This document shows, piece after piece, positions 61,441-64,000 of a DNA stretch of 64,000 nucleotides (position 1 is its first letter; each line of letters starts with the position of its first letter). The position numbers were made by a program, and so were the translations under genes. Source of the DNA: the human T2T-CHM13v2.0 reference genome, Homo sapiens; assembly GCF_009914755.1 (NCBI RefSeq), contig NC_060932.1. One strand, given 5' to 3'. The notes below the pieces were generated by a model. That model made no database searches and had not been told where the DNA came from. It saw only the letters and a list, made by a program, of their open reading frames with translations.

Positions 61441-62012
61441 AATGCCTCAAACTGAAAGTAATAAAGCTGTCACAACTCCTAATTAGAAAAAACATGACTT
61501 CAAATTATTTCTATTTTGTGTTGCTACTCTACATAAAACTAAATATAACTGATCTAGCCAAATATATTAACTAACTTACATTTTAAAAATCAGTACCCCA
61601 TCACTGTCTTATTTTCAGTTTGAGCACCATGATCTCTGTGCATTTTTCCAAAATACTATATCATAATGTACTATATATAACTCCAATTTCAAGATATAGA
61701 AAGAAGTGAAAGAAGAGGATTTACCCTGATAAAATTATCTGTTAGCAGAAAATCAGACAATAAATCAGTGGCATAAAAGTTATTTAACACAAAGATTAAC
61801 ATTGAATCTAGAATGTTAGCACAGTCAAACAAACACCAATAAAATCTAACGGTTTATTCTTCATTTGTGCTGCAATATAATAATCTTAGGGGGAAAACAA
61901 ACAAGAACCAGTAATAAGATAATACATTTACCTGAACTCTCCTTTGGAATGTCTACAGACTCTTTCAGGAAGCTTAGCATTTCTGTTTGGTGACAAGCTC
62001 AAATACTGACAG

Positions 62013-62324
62013 CTGTGCTGTCCAATAGTCATTATCTGCATGTGGCTAATAAGCATTTGAAATCTGTCTAGTCTGAATTGAGATGTGCTATAATGAAAAA
62101 TATACAATGGAACTTGAACATCAGGATGGAACCAAGAATGTAAAATATCTTTAATAAAGTTTTGCATTGATTAAATGTAAAATAACATTTTTGTATTTGG
62201 GTCAAATAAAATGTATTATTAAAATTAATGTCATTTTAAAACTTTCTAAGTGGCAACTAGAAACTTTAAATGACTATGTAACTTGCATTTATGGCTCACA
62301 TTATATTTCTACAGGATAGTACTG
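62013..62324. mobile_element. MER33 (hAT-Charlie)
   Basis: CTGTGCTGTCCAATA...CATGTGGCTA...AATTGAGATGTGCT...AAGAATGTAAAATATCT...ATGGCTCACATTATATTTCTA. Confidence 0.85.
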
Positions 62325-62332
62325 GTTTTGAG

Positions 62333-62549
62333 CAGGATTGTCAAACTACAGCTCTTGGTCAAATCGTCTGTTTTTGTAAACAAACTTGTATTGAAATGCA
62401 GTCATGCTTATTCATTTACCTATAGTCTAAGGACATTTTTGTGCTACAGTGGTAGAGTTGAGTAGTAGTGACAATACTATATGACTCATAAAGTATAAAA
62501 TATTTATATTTGGACCCTTACAGAAAAAAATAATATTTGCCAATCCTTG
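62333..62549 (+). mobile_element. MER58A (hAT-Charlie)
   Basis: CAGGATTGTCAAACTAC...TGTTTTTGTAAA...AGAGTTGAGTAGT.GTGACA...AAAATATTTA...TTACAGAAAA..TTTGCCAATCCTTG. Confidence 0.85.
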
Positions 62550-62714
62550 ATCTAGAGAAACAGCAGATAACTTGAAGTTGTGAAAATGAGTGGGGTGTAT
62601 TTAGCAGAGAAGAGAAGATTTGTGAGATTGAAAAATATGAACAGCCATACTGTCTCTAAAATAATTAAAAAGGAAACCAAAATAAATAGCCAAACATAAC
62701 ATATTTTCTAAGCT

Positions 62715-64000
62715 GAGTCTTTTGAAAGTAAAAAGTATCTAAATTTAATGAAGTCTAGTTTGTCTTTTTTTTTTTTTTACTTTTGTGTTTTGGGATTTTG
62801 GTTTCTTATTTAAGAAACCTTTGCTTAATCCATTACTCCAAAGATTTTCTCTCATGTTTTCTTTTAAACATTTATAGTTTTATGTCTTAAACATAAGATA
62901 ATGATGTATTTCCAGTTACATTTAGTGTATGTTGTAATGTAAGCGTTGAGGTTCATTATTATACGTATGGACATCCAATTTGTTTCCGTCACTATTTGTT
63001 GAAATATTATTGTGTTCCAAATTGAATGGTGTTGACACTTTTGTTAAAAAAAAAAAAAAAAAAAAACTCAAACAAAACAACACAATCTTGACCCTATCTG
63101 GGAAGGTCTCATTCTAGACTCCTTGCCTGGACCATACTGCTTTGTTTAATAAAGACTTGCAGTTTGTTAATAAAATAAATATATAAATAAATAAATAAAT
63201 AAATGCCGTCTAAACTTGTTTTTGTTTTTTCAATTCAGTTACTCTAGGTCCTTTACTTTTTCATAAAAATTCAACATCATGTTATTTTTTAAAAGCTTGT
63301 TGGCATTTTGATTAGAATTATATTGAATTTACAGACCTTCTAAGGGAAGATTGACATCTTGAAAATATTAAGTTCTACAATCTGTGAACATGGAACATCT
63401 CTTAATTTATTTCAGACTTTTAACTAATTGTAACCGATATTGTTGTTTCTATTATATGAAATTTGCACTTATTTGCTTAATCTTATTTCTAAATTTTTTA
63501 TGTTTTGATATGATTGTAAATGCATTGTAAACTGGATATTTAAGTATAAACATCTTATCATTTATTGCTAATACATAGAAATACATCTGATTATCGTATA
63601 TGGATTTTATGTACTGCTGTCCTGCTAAACGCACTTATTAGTTGAATACCTTTTTTGTAGATTTAGTAGAACTTTCTGCAGAGATAATCACACCATCTAC
63701 CAGTAAAGGCAGTTTTATTTCTTGCTTTCCAATGTGATGGTTTTGATTTCTTTTTCTGACTCTATAGCACTGGTTATTCCACCAGTATCATGCTAAATAA
63801 AACTTGTAAATATAAAGCTAACTACTTTATTCCTGATTTTAGGGAGAAAGTATTCAGCATTTCACCATTAAATATAGTAAGCTATCAGCATTTCATATGT
63901 GCTTTTTGTCAAATTAATAAAGTTTCTGCTACTTTTAGTTTCTGAGCATGTTATTATGAATGAATATTGATTTTGTCAAATGTGTTTTGGTACATTTATT
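62715..64000 (-). mobile_element. Old L1M (L1MB/M4-class) ORF2 fragment running off the window end
   Basis: Antisense ORF2 motifs (TTAATGAAGTC.A.TTTGTC...ATGGACATCCAATT...TTGACATCTT...CATGGAA.ATCTC...GGGAGAAAG.ATTCAG). Confidence 0.8.

Overview
Primate (human/great-ape-like) AT-rich non-coding genomic DNA, mostly made of transposable-element fossils: Alu (J, S, Y), LINE-1 of many ages (L1PA2 to L1ME), L2/MIR/L3, MaLR and ERVL LTRs, and DNA transposons (Tigger1, Tigger2, MER8/MER2-like, MER5, MER33, MER58A, and a piggyBac/Looper-like remnant). I find no intact host protein-coding gene, RNA gene, CRISPR array or prokaryotic system. The protein-like ORFs in the track derive from L1, Tigger1 or Alu. 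The most unusual signals are structural. (1) A (TA)n tract at 2.1-2.8 kb has captured three pieces copied from its own neighbourhood. (2) A ~415-bp inverted local duplication spans an L1/MST junction. (3) Several small fold-back templated insertions lie inside an L1PA16. (4) A 171-bp non-repeat retroposed insert has a TSD. (5) A 5'-intact, tail-less, ORF1-only L1 has a perfect 15-bp TSD. (6) A palindromic minus-strand YAG|GTAAG recursive-splice-like motif sits at 22.1 kb. Subfamily names come from recalled consensus sequences, not from a RepeatMasker run, and boundaries of old elements are approximate.
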